Source: Moniliella sp. 'wahieum'
Lineage: Eukaryota
Assembly (NCBI GenBank): GCA_003971905.1
Contig: RSEE01000152.1
Span: 62,001 to 114,659, forward strand
Direction of reading: 5' to 3'
DNA length: 52,659 nucleotides
Position 1 is the stretch's first letter, and the number at the start of each line of letters is the position of its first letter. The notes under the pieces are model-generated. The model was not told the origin of the DNA. It did not search any database and saw only the letters and a list, made by a program, of their open reading frames with translations. This document shows, piece by piece, positions 1 to 12,722 of the stretch. Made by a program: the position numbers and the translations under genes.

Positions 1-517
1 ATTTCCTCAATTCGCCACGGCACTTGGTTTCCTGTACGGATCCGGCAGCTGTGCGCGCGTTGTTCGATTCGGTCGTGCCGGATGGCGCGACGCCTACGGG
101 GGCCAAGATCGAAGAGCTGATGATGGAGTATTGGATGCGATCGAGATTGCCAAGCAGGCCAAGGCGACCGGTCGACCTCTTCCCGAAGGATTTGTCGAGC
201 CGCGTAAACGCAACTACCTCATTCTGACCGATGGTGCCGCAACGGACGATGTGGAGGAAGTGATGTATCGATTGCGCGACGCTTGGACCAGAACCACTTT
301 CCTCCTCTTCGCAGCTTGGCTTCTCGTTTGTCCAAGTGGGCGACGATCAGCAAGCGACCGAGTTTCTCAAGGAACTGGACGATGCCATCTCCTCTGCCCA
401 GGGCGTGCGGGACATTGTCGATACCACACCGGCCAGTGGCATGGCCTTGTCGTACGACTTGATCGTCAAGGCCCTCTTGGGGGCATCAACCGCCGCTTTG
501 ACCGGCGCACCAATTAA
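1..517 (+). CDS. von Willebrand factor A (vWA) domain protein, 3' part (5' end outside window)
   Basis: Stitched frames give GATPTG...YLILTDGAATDDVEEV...FVQVGDDQQATEFLKELDD...RDIVDT...KALLGGINRRFDRR* (TAA ends at 517). This is the typical C-terminal half of fungal vWA proteins. Two or three frameshifts. Confidence 0.8.
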   Translation, partial: FPQFATALGFLYGSGSCARVVRFGRAGWRDAYGGQDRRADDGVLDAIEIAKQAKATGRPLPEGFVEPRKRNYLILTDGAATDDVEEVMYRLRDAWTRTTFLLFAAWLLVCPSGRRSASDRVSQGTGRCHLLCPGRAGHCRYHTGQWHGLVVRLDRQGPLGGINRRFDRRTN

Positions 518-1426
518 AGTCACTAAATCCCACCCTTGGGAAACACACGTTTCCTCTCGTGTGAGTTGGAGTTTCCATTATCCTACCTTTTTTTCTTATG
601 GGGTTTAGCCACCCCCCTCTCCCCCCCTGTCCCTCCTCGCTCGTACGCAGAGGCACTGGTAACCCACCATTTGGACTGCGCGATGGTGGCCATCCCATCC
701 TCGCTTTGTGCCTTTGACGAAACTGGACTAGGATGTACCGAGAAGTCCGCTTGGTGGAATCGAGTAGAAAATGAGTTTTGCCTGTCCCGCCCACTGCAGC
801 GCGGTAGACGGATACAGCGCGGAGATCGAGGCAGGCCAGAACAACCTCGCCCCACCACCGTGCTGAACGCTAAATAGAGCGGAAGCACACTACCTTGCAT
901 AGTCCTTTGCTGCTCCGCTACTGCTCCTCGGTTAGGGGGATGGGTGTGCGGGTGCGTAGCGGTCCGTCTCGAGGGTCGTGATGGGCAGGGCCAAGGCTGC
1001 CGCGTGACGGGAGAGGAAGAGGGCTGCAATCCTACCGTAACACGAAGTGCTTCCGATCGAGGGTGCACGACAAACTAGGCCCACCTCGTGGGAACTATGC
1101 CGTAACTATACCATAACTACACCGTAACTGCACCGTCGGTTCAACGTGCGCACCACCGTGTGGTGGTGGTCGACGCACAAGTGGTACGTATATAGTGCCC
1201 GAGGGAGGTACGTGGTTGGTTGTTGGTTGTGCCACTTCCACCTCTACCTCGACTCCCACCTCTACCTCCACCTCCACCGCCACCTCCAACGGGGCCATGT
1301 AAGCTATAGATGGAGTGGGCGGCCCGGGCGAGTCCGTAGCCCGAAACGGGTTCGTGGGCAGTGCGAGGGTGAGGGGTGAATCAGTAGGATCAATGTATGG
1401 AGGAACAAGAGCAAGGTCCGAGCGTG

Positions 1427-1550
1427 GGGATGGGGATGGAAATGGGTAGGAGAATGGGAATGGGAATGGAAATGTGAATGGGAATGGGAATGAGGATGGG
1501 AATGGGGATGGGGATGGGGATGGGGATGGGGATGGGAATGGGGATGGGAA
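1427..1550. repeat. (GGGATG/GGGAAT)n hexanucleotide microsatellite
   Basis: Directly visible tandem run. It explains the spurious PSPS/HPHP/IPIP ORFs. Confidence 0.95.
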
Positions 1551-1747
1551 CGCATACAAACCGCCTTGCGCAATCTTTCTTTCTTTCTTTCTTTCTCTTG
1601 CATTCATTTAGTTGTGGACGCGTGTTGCACCACGCGTCCACGGGTGGCGCAGGGTGGTAGGGGAGGAAGGCCAAGCATCACATGTCACACCCATAGCTGT
1701 GCGTGGGATTACATGGTTACATGGTTACACCCAGCACGCACCACGCG

Positions 1748-3385
1748 TCACCTCATCGGGGCATACGACCAACGTTGGACCAAGATCTGGGCAGCTACCA
1801 CGCCAGCACACACACACACGTGTCCACCCCGAGCGAGCGGTAAAGAGTACGAGCGTCCTGCGGTGGGAGGTGAGTCCATGCACGCACCTCGCCCTGCACC
1901 CAGGCACGCCAGCTGCGCCGTGGGTCCCGCGCCAGCCCCTCGTCCCCCCATGCATCGTCGTCCGGCTGAGAGAGCGGGAGTAGGAGCGCATCCGTGTCTG
2001 GCTCGGTGGGGCGAGTGGAAGAGGGAGGGAAGGGGATGAGGCCGAAGCAGAGGCCGAAGCAGAGGCCGAAGCAGAAGCACAGGTAGAGCCAGAGCCAGAG
2101 GTAGAGGTAGAGGCAACTCGGACTTGCGGGACATGCATCGGAAGCAGATTGCCCGCGGAACTTTTGCCCCATGCCCAGGAGGTGCGGGGCGAGGAAAAGG
2201 AAAGGAAGGAGGAGGGTGGGGCGTGGGCTGGGCCAGGGTGGCGCAGGAAGGTCATCAGAGCCAAGCAGAGCAGAGCCAAGAGAGCGTAGGTGACATAAGG
2301 ACGGTAGGGAGACCCAAGGTAACAGCTTTCTACCCCCCACCCACTGGGGGTCAAGCTCAGCAACGCCAGTCCGGGGAGAGAGATACCCATGGCCATGCTG
2401 AAGGACTTGATGGTGTACTCGGTTGCGCCGCCAAAGGGGATCCAACCGGTGTATCGTGTTGGGTCTTGTGGTTCTGCGGGCGGGACAGGGGCAGCCGGGT
2501 GGGTGTAGACACAGGCATCGTGGTCGTCGCCCGAAAAGATGAGGACCGGGTTAAGTTTGTGAAGGATTTCCATGGTCAGGTTGGGAGACAGTTGGGTTTG
2601 GTATTGGTATCCATCCGCCTGGGGCAATGGGCGTCCGGACTCGCGCTCAGGGCCACAGGAAGCGTTTTCAGGGCGAAAGAGGGGGACATGGGTGAGCAGC
2701 ACCACCTTGCTATGGGCAAGGGAAGGACGAAAGGTATCGAGAAACGTCTGTGCGTCCTGTTCGTACGGCTGGGTTCGGTTGTCGGCCGACAAGCTGATGG
2801 TATCGAGCACGACCATGTCATATTCGCCGCCAGCAGGGGGGAGATATGGTTCGCCGGGCCAAACTGGGCGGCAAAGCGTTGGGGCGCACCGGGGACAATG
2901 TCGTTGCCAAATCCAATGTCATGGTTGCCCTGCACGCTCCAATCGACCTGCCCCTGCAGGGGAGGCGGGAAGATGCGTGCGAGTCGGTCGCGCTCCTCCA
3001 TCCAGCGAGGGGCGTCGATGGGCCATTCGCGGCCACCGTCAACAGGTCGCCAAGGAAGAAGGTCCTGTGGGCGCGGAGGAAGGAGAGGAAGCGCCAGGAG
3101 CGCGCCTCCCAGCGGTCGGTCAGGACACGTGTAACCCACTGCAGGGGGGCAAGGCGGCCGGGGTAGGAGAAGGCGTCGATGATCTGTGGGTCAGCGACGA
3201 GGGCGACATGGAGTGTGTCCTGCTGCGCGCTGGGCGGGAGGGGCCAGGCGCATTGGTGTGCGATGCGCTGGGGGGCCCAGAACTCGGAGACGAGCGTGGC
3301 GGCGACCCAGAGGAGCGCGAGGAGGAGGCGGGAGCGCCAGTGCCAGCGGCTGGCGGCGATGCGCGGCGTTGGGGCGCACGGCCAT
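1748..3385 (-). CDS. CDC1: Cdc1/PGAP5 (MPPE1)-family Mn-dependent metallophosphoesterase (GPI-anchor remodelling)
   Basis: N-terminal TM segment (LLLALLWVAATLVSEFW), then calcineurin-like motifs in order: VADPQIIDAFSYP, FFLGDLL, GNHDIG, LLTHVPL, SCGPERE, GYQYQ, FSGDDHDAC, KSFSMAMGI, followed by a C-terminal TM. ATG at 3385. The stop is uncertain (1725, 1748 or 1795) because of frameshifts. Confidence 0.88.
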
Positions 3386-3790
3386 CGGGGGGGGGGGGGG
3401 GGGAGCGGCGGGGCGGCTGCTGATCGGGGCGGGAGCGGCGAGGCGTGCTTGCGCGTGGGCGAGCGAGTGGCGCACCGATGGGAGCCCACGTGCAACTTTC
3501 AACGTTCAACTTGAACGTTCACCTGGCCCCACTGTGCGGGGCGGAAGGCGTGTGCGGAACAGAGATGCACCGAAGCAGCCCTGGCGGCTGGCCGGCGGCG
3601 GGGATGCAGGCAGGGCGCACACTGCCTCTGTGCCGGCGGGGCCGAGTGGGGGCAGCGTGGCTCAACTCAAACCAGAATAGGCAGGCCGCACCACAGCGCA
3701 CGCCAGGGGCCAGGGCCAGGTGTTGCAGCACCACCCACACTCCCGCTCCTCCCGCTCTCTCCCTCCTGCTTCTCCCCCTTGGCGCCGGCC

Positions 3791-5481
3791 ATGCGCGCCC
3801 TCCTGCGCGTCCTCCGCGCCCTCGCCATTGCCCTCGCCGTCCTCCTCGCCGCCCTCACCCTCGTCCTCCACGCCGCCTTTCTCGGCCTCACCCTCCTCCC
3901 CGCCCCGGCCCCCGCGCCTGGCCCCGCACTCGACACGGCCGTCTTAGCCCAGCTGCGCGCCGCCGCCCACGACCCGTCCAACCTCGTCCTCGACCCTGGC
4001 GGCGGCGGCGCCTTGGCCTCGCTCCCCACGCCCACTGGCGAGGCTGTCGTGTCGTGGTACACGCCCTCGTACGTCCCTCGTGGCACATGGGGCCTCACTC
4101 GTCCTGGTGCCCGTTTGGCCCCCGTCTTTGCTCATGCCCGTCAGCGTGCCCACAACGTCTCGGAGTACCCTGGGATGCCTGCACGCGAGCGCGAAACGTC
4201 ACGACGAACATTGTTGGCCTCGTTGGAGCACCGCGACTGGTTCTCCTTTTCGCTCCGGTGGAACGCCACGTTGCGCGCGCTCAGTCTCCGTCCGGCCCTG
4301 GCCACGTCGCTTGAGACGGACCAAATCGAGTGGCCTGCCACCTGGCTTCAATGTGCACCCTCTTCATCATCACCATCTTCGTCTTCGTCGTCTTCTTTGC
4401 CTGTGCCCGTTCCCACACTCCATTCGTCGACCGCGTGGGACGTGCCGTACCCTTCGACTATCATGACCTACCGCCCCTCGTCCGACGTGCGCCACCACCC
4501 CCGCTGTGGGTGCGTTTGGCACGGTGGGCAACCAGTTACTAGGCAACCTACTTGCCGTCTTGCCCCCCGCTGACGATGCGCTGCACTTTGCCCAGACGCG
4601 TGGGCTGGTGGGTGAACCATCGTCGGCGATTGTACCTGTGTATGCCCACTGTCGTCCGCTCACGTCGGGGGAAGGATTTCAATATGCCGAGTACGAACAA
4701 GAGATTCTAGCAGCTCAGGGTCAATCGACTGCTGTCCCACTCTCCCGACCCTCCACCCCAACCGGGCCCGGCCGAATCGAGATGCAAGTCTACCTGGCCG
4801 AACGGTTTCCGTCGTACAGCACCATGCTCTCTCTTCTCCTCGATGGGCAGGGAGAAGTGGAGCAAGTCATGTTGCCCAAGACGAGGGTGGTGCCCAGTGA
4901 GCCGCATCATCTAGTCTCGCACCCCAACAACGTGGTCCTCCCCTTCTTTGGGAGCCGATGCCCAAGCGAGTGACGTTACCAACCCCGCCACTGGCTTCTC
5001 GTCCCTTCCCAACGGCGTCGGTCTCGGGAAGAATTCGCCCCCTCTGCCGGTGAATGGTGCAAGGCCGAAATGGGGCTACGGGTCTGGGTACAACGGTGCG
5101 GTCTGTACCGGGTTAGGCGGCACGTACGCGCTGCGATCCGCTGTGCTTGGCTGGCTGGGCGCATGGGACTGGTGGTGGTTCCGAAAGGTAGTACGACCGT
5201 GTAGCAAGCTTCTCCGACTTGTGGTCAAGGTCAGTGTGGTGGTAGTGGCTGTGATTGGGGTGCTTGCGGTGCTGCGGTTGGTCGCGCGGAAACGAGGGCA
5301 CACACGTTCGGTCCCATTACCTGCACCGATTTCCTTCTCGTCGCACGTGCACCAAGGACGATGGGATGCACCCTGGGTTCGCATGTACCAACTGGTCGTC
5401 CCGCCATCCTCGAGTCATGAGCCAGACGTGTCCTGGCCCACCACGCGTGGCGAGCACGACCTTTCCGCGCCTAGGGGGTAG
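3791..5481 (+). CDS. Hypothetical membrane protein (N-terminal signal anchor, C-terminal TM helix)
   Basis: Three consecutive overlapping ORFs (3779-4573, 4506-4973, 4948-5481). It starts MRALLRVLRALAIALAVLLAALTLVLHAAFLGLTLL and has a late hydrophobic stretch VVKVSVVVVAVIGVLAVLRLV followed by RKR. No family recognised. The 3' end may extend to about 5850. Confidence 0.6.
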
Positions 5482-7379
5482 GCCAAGACGCACCCTACCC
5501 GCCGTACCCGGCGCACGAAAAGGGCTCTCCACCTTCCCCTCGCTCACCTCGGTCGCCCACGCAACGACGAACATCACCTACGCTTCGACGACCTGCGTCG
5601 TTGGCCAGCAGCCCAATTACGCCTGTCCTCCCTCGATCCGGGCGGAGACAAGTGACGTTGGCCTCGGCAACATTGGAGTGGGGGTGAGCCTAACTCTGGT
5701 CCTCCTGCCCTTTTCTCCCCTGAGTCTGATTCGGGCTGTGCCGCGCCGCCGCCGCTCGTGTCGGTCCGGTCCGATCCGTACCCTCCTACTCGTGAGGCCG
5801 ATTCGGCGCCGTTGCAGAGCCCGTTGCAAGGCCCGTTGCGTTGATGACAAGGTGCACGGTTGTGCCGCTTGTACTCCAAGCTTCGAACTTCAAGCTTCAA
5901 GCTTCATACATGATTAATGATTGCTCATCGAGCTACTGCAGCAGGGCGGTGCACCGTGCCCCTTCGCTCTAGCTGCTTTCTCATTCCAAGTCCTTAGTTC
6001 CGGCATGTTAGTTCTTGGTTTTTGGTTCTCGGTTCCTGGTCCCCTCTTCACTCGTTTCGTTCCACTCGAACGCTGCGGTGCCCGCTCGCTCGCGTCCACC
6101 CATACATGTCACATCTCACATGTCACATGTCATCAGTCTCATTTGCCTCCCACTCCACATGGCGCTGAATCGCTTCGCTCCCCGCGCCTCTGACGCCCCC
6201 AAAAAACAAGGGTCGCGCACCGACAGAGAAACAAAGTATGTATACATACCCTGTTTCGACCGTCTACACCTCCGCCCGCATACGTGCTACGTGTAGCTAG
6301 TCGTGTGCACCAAGGCGGCCAAGCGAGCGGGATGGAAGGGCGACAGGCGACAGGCATAGATGAATGGAGGCACCGTACCACTAGGTATACATGCGGTGTG
6401 GTGGTTTGTACAAAGGAGGAAAAGGATGTATACGTACAAGATTTTGCTCAGTTATCGCCAGCAACCGTATTAGTGACCGTCATAGTCAAAATGCCCCTTT
6501 TTAGCCATCACAAGAGCACCATTGGGATTGATCGATCCCCGCCGAGAAGCGGTGGGCAGCCGTCCGATCCAACACGGGCAGGACAAACGAGACAAAGAGA
6601 TGAAGTATTGTACTGTACTAGTTGCCATTGAATAAAAGGTTGCTTTTGAGCATCCGAGACGACCTTATATCGCTGGCAGTCACAGGAACGTCAAGAAACT
6701 AAAGCAGAAACAGGCACTGAATTTATATCACTTCAAAACGAAAGAGACACCACACAGTAAATCATTGAAGGCTCTCCGTGTATTAAAAGCGCCCTCTAGA
6801 AAGTCCGTTTGTACGCTCTTCCGCGATGAATCTCTCCTGATGCGTTCAATTCATCCTACTCATATCTTCGGGTCCAGATTCGAACTTCATCATTCGTAAA
6901 AGTCCATTGTTCAGTATAGCCAACTCTTCCCCCCGCGGGGAAGAACATTCATGTACAAGGATTATCCAGTCACGGTTTACCCTCTGGAGGCATGTGTTGG
7001 TCCGAACAGTAGGGGTCCGGACAGCAGAGATCTTGCTATAGTCTCACCCCCACAATGCCATCAGCGCCAATAGTACATGAAAATAGCAGCACGCGATCAC
7101 ACCTGAGTATCAACGTTGCGTTTCTGAGAGTGAAGAAGCGGGGAGGGAGAGTAAAAGAATGTTTGAAAAGAATAAGAGGGAATAGGGGCATGAGCTTGAC
7201 AGAATAATGGCAAGGGGAACCTGTGCTGAAGATCACACAGAACGCAACAGAAGCGGGGAATTCGTACGTAGCAATGGAGACAACAGAAACGCATTAAGAA
7301 TATCGCGCAAGAAAAAAAAACTGTTGTTGTGCCATCTCGAGGAGACAAAACGTCCGATGGGAAGCGCATGAGCGCCCAT

Positions 7380-9441
7380 TTAACAGGTATCCATAAGGCT
7401 ATTTTTGGGCCAAGGGTACCGGTCTCGAGGCCAGACAGTGTAGTTGGGATTGGTGTACACGTCGTAGTGCCTGTCAATGTAATCTTTGGTAGGGTAGTCA
7501 GGAGGGTCGCACGAAAGGCGAGTTTGGCCCGGGCGCTGATACAAGCGGATATAGTCGATCGAAAGTATGGCTGGAAACACGAGTTCGTCCCAGTGCACCT
7601 GAACAAATCCAGAACTGACGCCTACATGCCAAGAAGAGGACGGGTGAGAGGGTTAGAATCGAATCGAACAAACAACGCAAACAGAGCAGCAAACAACGAC
7701 TATACGCACCTAAGTTGACCACAATCGACATGGGCTCAACCGGCACCAATCGTTGTGACACATTGACGGATTCTTGCGGACCAATCATAGCCGCTGACGC
7801 TGTCCAACGCGTTTGACCGCCCGAGTACCACGACAGCTGACCGGCCGAGCCGTCACCGTCAAAGTCAGGGTCGATCTGGACCCCAAAAGTGTAATATTCC
7901 GATCCGGGCGTATCGCGGTAGGCGCTGTCGGGGATGGGCGAGACGCCCGACATGGCTTGTTGGAACACACCACCGCGGTAGCTGTTCCAGTGGGTACTGC
8001 CGTCGAATGCATAGGAATCATTCGAGAGAGGGAGATAGTCTTGGCTAAAGGGGCACATCTGAAGACTTTGGCTGGCTTGCCCTTGCATGCCGCTATTTTG
8101 CGCTTCGAGGATGTCCACCTCAGGGGCACCACGGCCTACGTTGGGCCTTGGTCCCGGGTGGTCCTCATTGGCACACGTGCAAGAACTCAACTTTTGTCCG
8201 GGCATGTAGGACAGGTCCGTCGTACTGTGCAGAGTACTGTCCATGTGCGTTGAGCGTCGCCAGCAACGTTTTGTCCGGGTTTTTTGGGAAGGTTCCCCAG
8301 TCGCAGGCTTGGTACCTGTGAGCAACAGAGATCTGTCAATGAAACTGTCTGATGGAGATGCAGAGGGGGTTTGAAAGGGACGTACGAGTAGGGCCAGGTA
8401 CCTTCGCTTGTACCGAGGTAGCCTGGGCGAGCCAAGTTTCCCATCGTCCACAGACCCGGCCAGAAACCACGTTGACTCGGAACACCTGGGAGTTTGACGG
8501 CCATCTCGAGATAACCGCCTTGGAAGCAAAGTTTGTTCCAACTTGCAGCATACCTGATTGGAAATTGAGATTGTGGGTGTCCTTCTGCACCATGGTGATC
8601 TGCAATGCACCGCCAGTAGTGTGATTGCTTCAGGGGAGTACCATTCGTAATCCTGGGTGGCACCATACCAGAAGTCTTGGGCTTCCCAAAACGGATCATC
8701 GCCCGGCCAAAACGTTCGGCCTTCTTCTTCAAACTCATCGGAAAAGACCAATCGATACTCAGAACCGCCTGCTACGGCCGCGGGGGTGGGAGAGGTCCAC
8801 GTGTACGCCGACTTGGGTGTGTCGGGATCGATGAGCTGAGGAAGGTAGGGAAGCTCCCCGACTTGCCCCGTGTTGTTGAGGTTGACCATGTGGTGGGTGG
8901 GATTGAGAAAGTGGCGAGAATAGGGTAGCCAGCAAAGAGCATCAAAATTCCCAACAAGAGAACGGTCACAGTAAGTATATTGAGTAGGCCACGGAAATCA
9001 ACCCGTGCCAAAAATGGGACTTGCCGTCCTCAGCGTGGAGGTAATCGTCTGGCTCAGCCTCCTCATCCTGCCAGGCCCATGGACCGTCTGTGGGAAGAGG
9101 AGTATCTTCTCTCATCAACTGCCTTTGACTCGAGGCAGGGATGCCGAGAGAAAAGAAGGGTAGGTGTGTTGGAGTCGGGAGGCTTGCTGCATCTTGCTTG
9201 TGGGGGTGGAGCTGCGGGTACCCGACGGTGACATAGGTCGTCCTCCTGCCAGAGCTGATGGGTTGGAGAATGATGGGCTGAGATGATACGGGCCTGGATG
9301 GTATGCGCTTGAGTTCGATGAGAAGCGCTGGCGCGGGACAGGGCTATTCGAAGCAGATGGTGGTGTCCAGCTGTTGCCCCTGGCCATGGGGGTCGCGACG
9401 GGTATACTAGATGGGCGTTGCTGGGTTCGTGGTGGCGACAT
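7380..9441 (-). CDS. KRE6: KRE6/SKN1-family beta-1,6-glucan synthesis-associated protein (GH16, type II membrane)
   Basis: Motifs RGLLNILTVTVLLLGILMLFAGYPI (TM), LVFSDEFEEEGRTFWPGDDPFWEA, SWNKLCFQGG, WPGLWTMGNLARPGY, GRGAPEVDILEAQ, DYIRLYQ and WPKNSL. Introns at 8316-8385 (GTACGT..CAG) and 7622-7709 (GTGCGT..CTAAC..TAG) restore the frame. Confidence 0.95.
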
Positions 9442-10254
9442 TGGTCTGGGTTGGCCGGAGCGTCAAATAAGTGTGTTGACATGGTGTGGATCGGAGAGAG
9501 GGTGGTGGCAGTGGTCGGTAAGGAAGGAAAGGAGAGGGGAGGAAAACGAAGAATAGGGGAAAAAGACGGAGGGGAGAGGGCACTGTATATGGCCCTGCAG
9601 AGACGTTCGCAGCGGAGAGAAGGGGACTACTATAATACCAACAGGGGGTGAGATATTTGAGAAAGAGAGGGCGTTTGCAAAGTGGCTCGGCGGATAAGAG
9701 GCGAGGGCCTTGTTGGGTATGTGGGGGTTTCCCCCGACGCAGCGAGGGGCAGTGGTATGGCAATGATATGGCGGATGTGCGCGGATGGGGTTATGGGATG
9801 GTTACCGCCGGCGTCACGCGTCGCGGCGTCCGTCGGTCGTCAGGTGTGGAGCCAGCCTCTGCATTCCGACGCACTGGGCCAGTGCCAAAGCCACCTGTCT
9901 CCGGTGTAGATCCCAGCAGGAGGCCACTGTGGGGTTTGCCCCCGGAGCTCCAGCGACAGGGTGCGGCGCCGCTCTCTGTGCCTGGCGCCGATATAACACG
10001 TTTTTGAAGCTCAGCCACCTGGCGGGGGTGCCTGCCATATGCTGCTACCCTGCCGCTCACTGGCCGGCACCGCGGCCTAGCAGAGGACGTAGTGTCCGCT
10101 ATGTAATATGTACCATGGACCCAGCTTGGGTGGCCAGGCGCCTTGCCCCCGGGTCTCACACAGAGTCCCTCCCTTCCCTACCATGCAACATCCACAGCAC
10201 CAGTATCGGCCTTAGGCCGTACGCCTCGCGCTTTTTGGCCCCTGGGATCTCATT

Positions 10255-11840
10255 TGTTCAAGACGTTCAAGCCTCAGGCCTCAGGCCTCAGGCCTCAGGT
10301 CTGAGGCTCAGCATGCTCGCGCTGAGACTCTCGTTCCTCTCCGCCGCGGGGCGCGCGAGAGCACCACGAGATCCGGCATATCAAATTCCCATCTCAAGGC
10401 GGAGCAACAAAGCTGTTGCTTGTGGCAGAGTGTTGCACACTCACATGCATCACAGTTCCTACCCGTCTGTATGGAGACTTCGTGGCTTGGGACTCCCAGC
10501 CTCTTCATTGACTCATTCGTCGCCGCGTAAAGAAAATGAGTCTTGTGCCTCCTGAGGTTCAGTCCTCAGGCTGAGGCCTAGGACCTGTTTTGAGGGTTGA
10601 AGTTCAAAGTTCTCAAGGTACGTTCAAGAGGCTTGCGGCCTGTGACGCGTGGACGCCTTATCGACCTGATCATTAATCAGTAACGTTAACCACATATCTA
10701 TCGGGTATACTGTCAACGTAGTCAACGTTTATACCCTGATAATCTCGATAATCGATAACTGAATATGTCTATCAACCTGCCGCCACACGTACACGTATAC
10801 CTCCGTACCCTATAGCGCCCAACCGTAGTGTTAGTTTTGCGTTCATGCTTCAAGCTTCAAGCTTCACAAGCACATTCACAAAAACACTCATTTAGATATG
10901 GTAGAAATCACGAGAAAATGCCTTTGCGGACTTCGGAGGCAATGGTGCGCATTTTGATGTTGAAGTTAACCACGTTAAACGAAGACCAGCAAGTTTGTAA
11001 GTCACGAGATCACCGGGATCATCAGCACTATAGATTAGCCGCTAATCACTACTAGTCATGCTAGTCACTAGAGTTACTAGACACTAGCCACTACTCAGAA
11101 GATTCAATATTCAGGCCTAGGCCTCAAAACGTCTTGCATCCGGCACCCACCCGCCACTAACACGCCACATATATACTCAGTCCTCACTCCCATCGGGGCC
11201 GTGCTCATCCCGATCATATCGATGATTCTTTCCTGTACACATATGTACACGTCGAGTGCTCACACATTAAAATAAACAGCTCCTTACTATATTAGCTTCA
11301 TTGAGATGTTTCCAATATCCATGTCTTGCTACACGCGCTCCCGGCAGGACGTTTGCAGCGGGGCAGGATCTGTCAAAGAGAGTGTCAAACAGTTGGACAG
11401 AAATGGTACATGGTGCATGGCAAGCCAACCGTGTGCGCGCCCTTCGCCACTCGAAACCTGAGGCGGGGTCTGAGGTGCCGGTGCCTGTTGTGAGCCTGTT
11501 GTGAGGCTTGATCGATGATGGATCACGATCAACGTCAACGTTCAACGTTCAACGTCCACATTCAACGTTCAACGTTCAACGTTTAACGTTCAACCCCGCA
11601 CCCTCCTGTGCAACACGTTGCGCGTGATGCCGTCGGTTGGATTCCGAGAGAGGCCGTACTTCCGGTGCCCATCATAGCGAGCGACCGCGGAGGTCCGCAG
11701 CGGTTTTGGCGGGGTACGGGCGGTACGGGCCACACTTGCCCAACTAAAGAACAGACAAGATCTCAAAAGCGGGTTTGCCCTACAGCGTTATACGAATAGT
11801 ATGAATGACATGCCACTGAGAGTGACTAGTGACTAGTGAC
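10255..11840. repeat. Cluster of 7-bp-period palindrome arrays (AGGCCT-C, AAGCTT-C, AACGTT-C, ACTAGT-G)
   Basis: AGGCCT at 10276/10283/10290; AAGCTT at 10852/10859; AACGTT at 11537/11544/11564/11571/11578/11585; ACTAGT at 11825/11832. Confidence 0.9.
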
Positions 11841-12722
11841 AGTGGATGAGCAAAGAGTTATTCGTTCTCGGGTCCATATAATCGAAAGGGCACTTACGTG
11901 AATTATGAGATGAATGGACGCAAGATATGGGTGTGGCCACTCATGTATCTGTATTCTGCATATTTCGTCGTGCACTGGCATCCATGATGAACGTAACCGA
12001 GCTACCACTGGGTTGGCAGGGCAGCACACCTTGGTAGGTCCTAGGCCCATCTGGTCACTTAACGTGCTTAATGTTCGCCAAGTCAGAGGATCACGGCCAT
12101 CGCCCACGTTCACTTGAGTTGGAGAACCAAGTTGGTCAGAGGTGAGTCCGAGGGGGAGGGGATACATAGGATACATGCTGCCCAGCCCTAGCCCAGCGGA
12201 CCCACAGTTATCTCGTGCAGCCGGATTGGCTCGGGCGCACGCCGGCCGTTCTGTTGCACCCCAAACCGAGAAAGAAAGATGGGAGAAAACATATACATTT
12301 TGCATATGCCAATGCTCTGCGTGTGCGAAGATGTGGAGCAATCGCCCAGCCCCCGTAGCACGAGGGTTTTGGGGAACAAGACTAAGAGAAAGGAAGAGAA
12401 AGGAGAAGATGGGAGAGGGGAAAGGGAAAAGGGAAAAGGGGAAAGAGGGGCACATGGCGGGAGTATAGGACAGCATGAGTAGAGTCAGCCTACATTGAGG
12501 GGATATTACAGCAGGACAAGGGAAAGAAGACTGGTACCCATGGGAACCTGTGTGGATGATCTCCACTAAATTGCATACGTCCTGCGTCACCTTGGCCCTC
12601 GCCCTCCCCACGCGCCCCACGCCCCTCGCCGCGCGCCGCGTCCAGCACCGACCAAGCTCACAAGCAAGACATGCGACAAAGGGGCCTGACGCTTCCACGT
12701 ACCACATCTACGTGATGGACAC

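Noticed and set aside
1095..1674. ORFs with PS/HP/IP/MG dipeptide repeats
   Set aside because: These are translations of hexanucleotide microsatellites.
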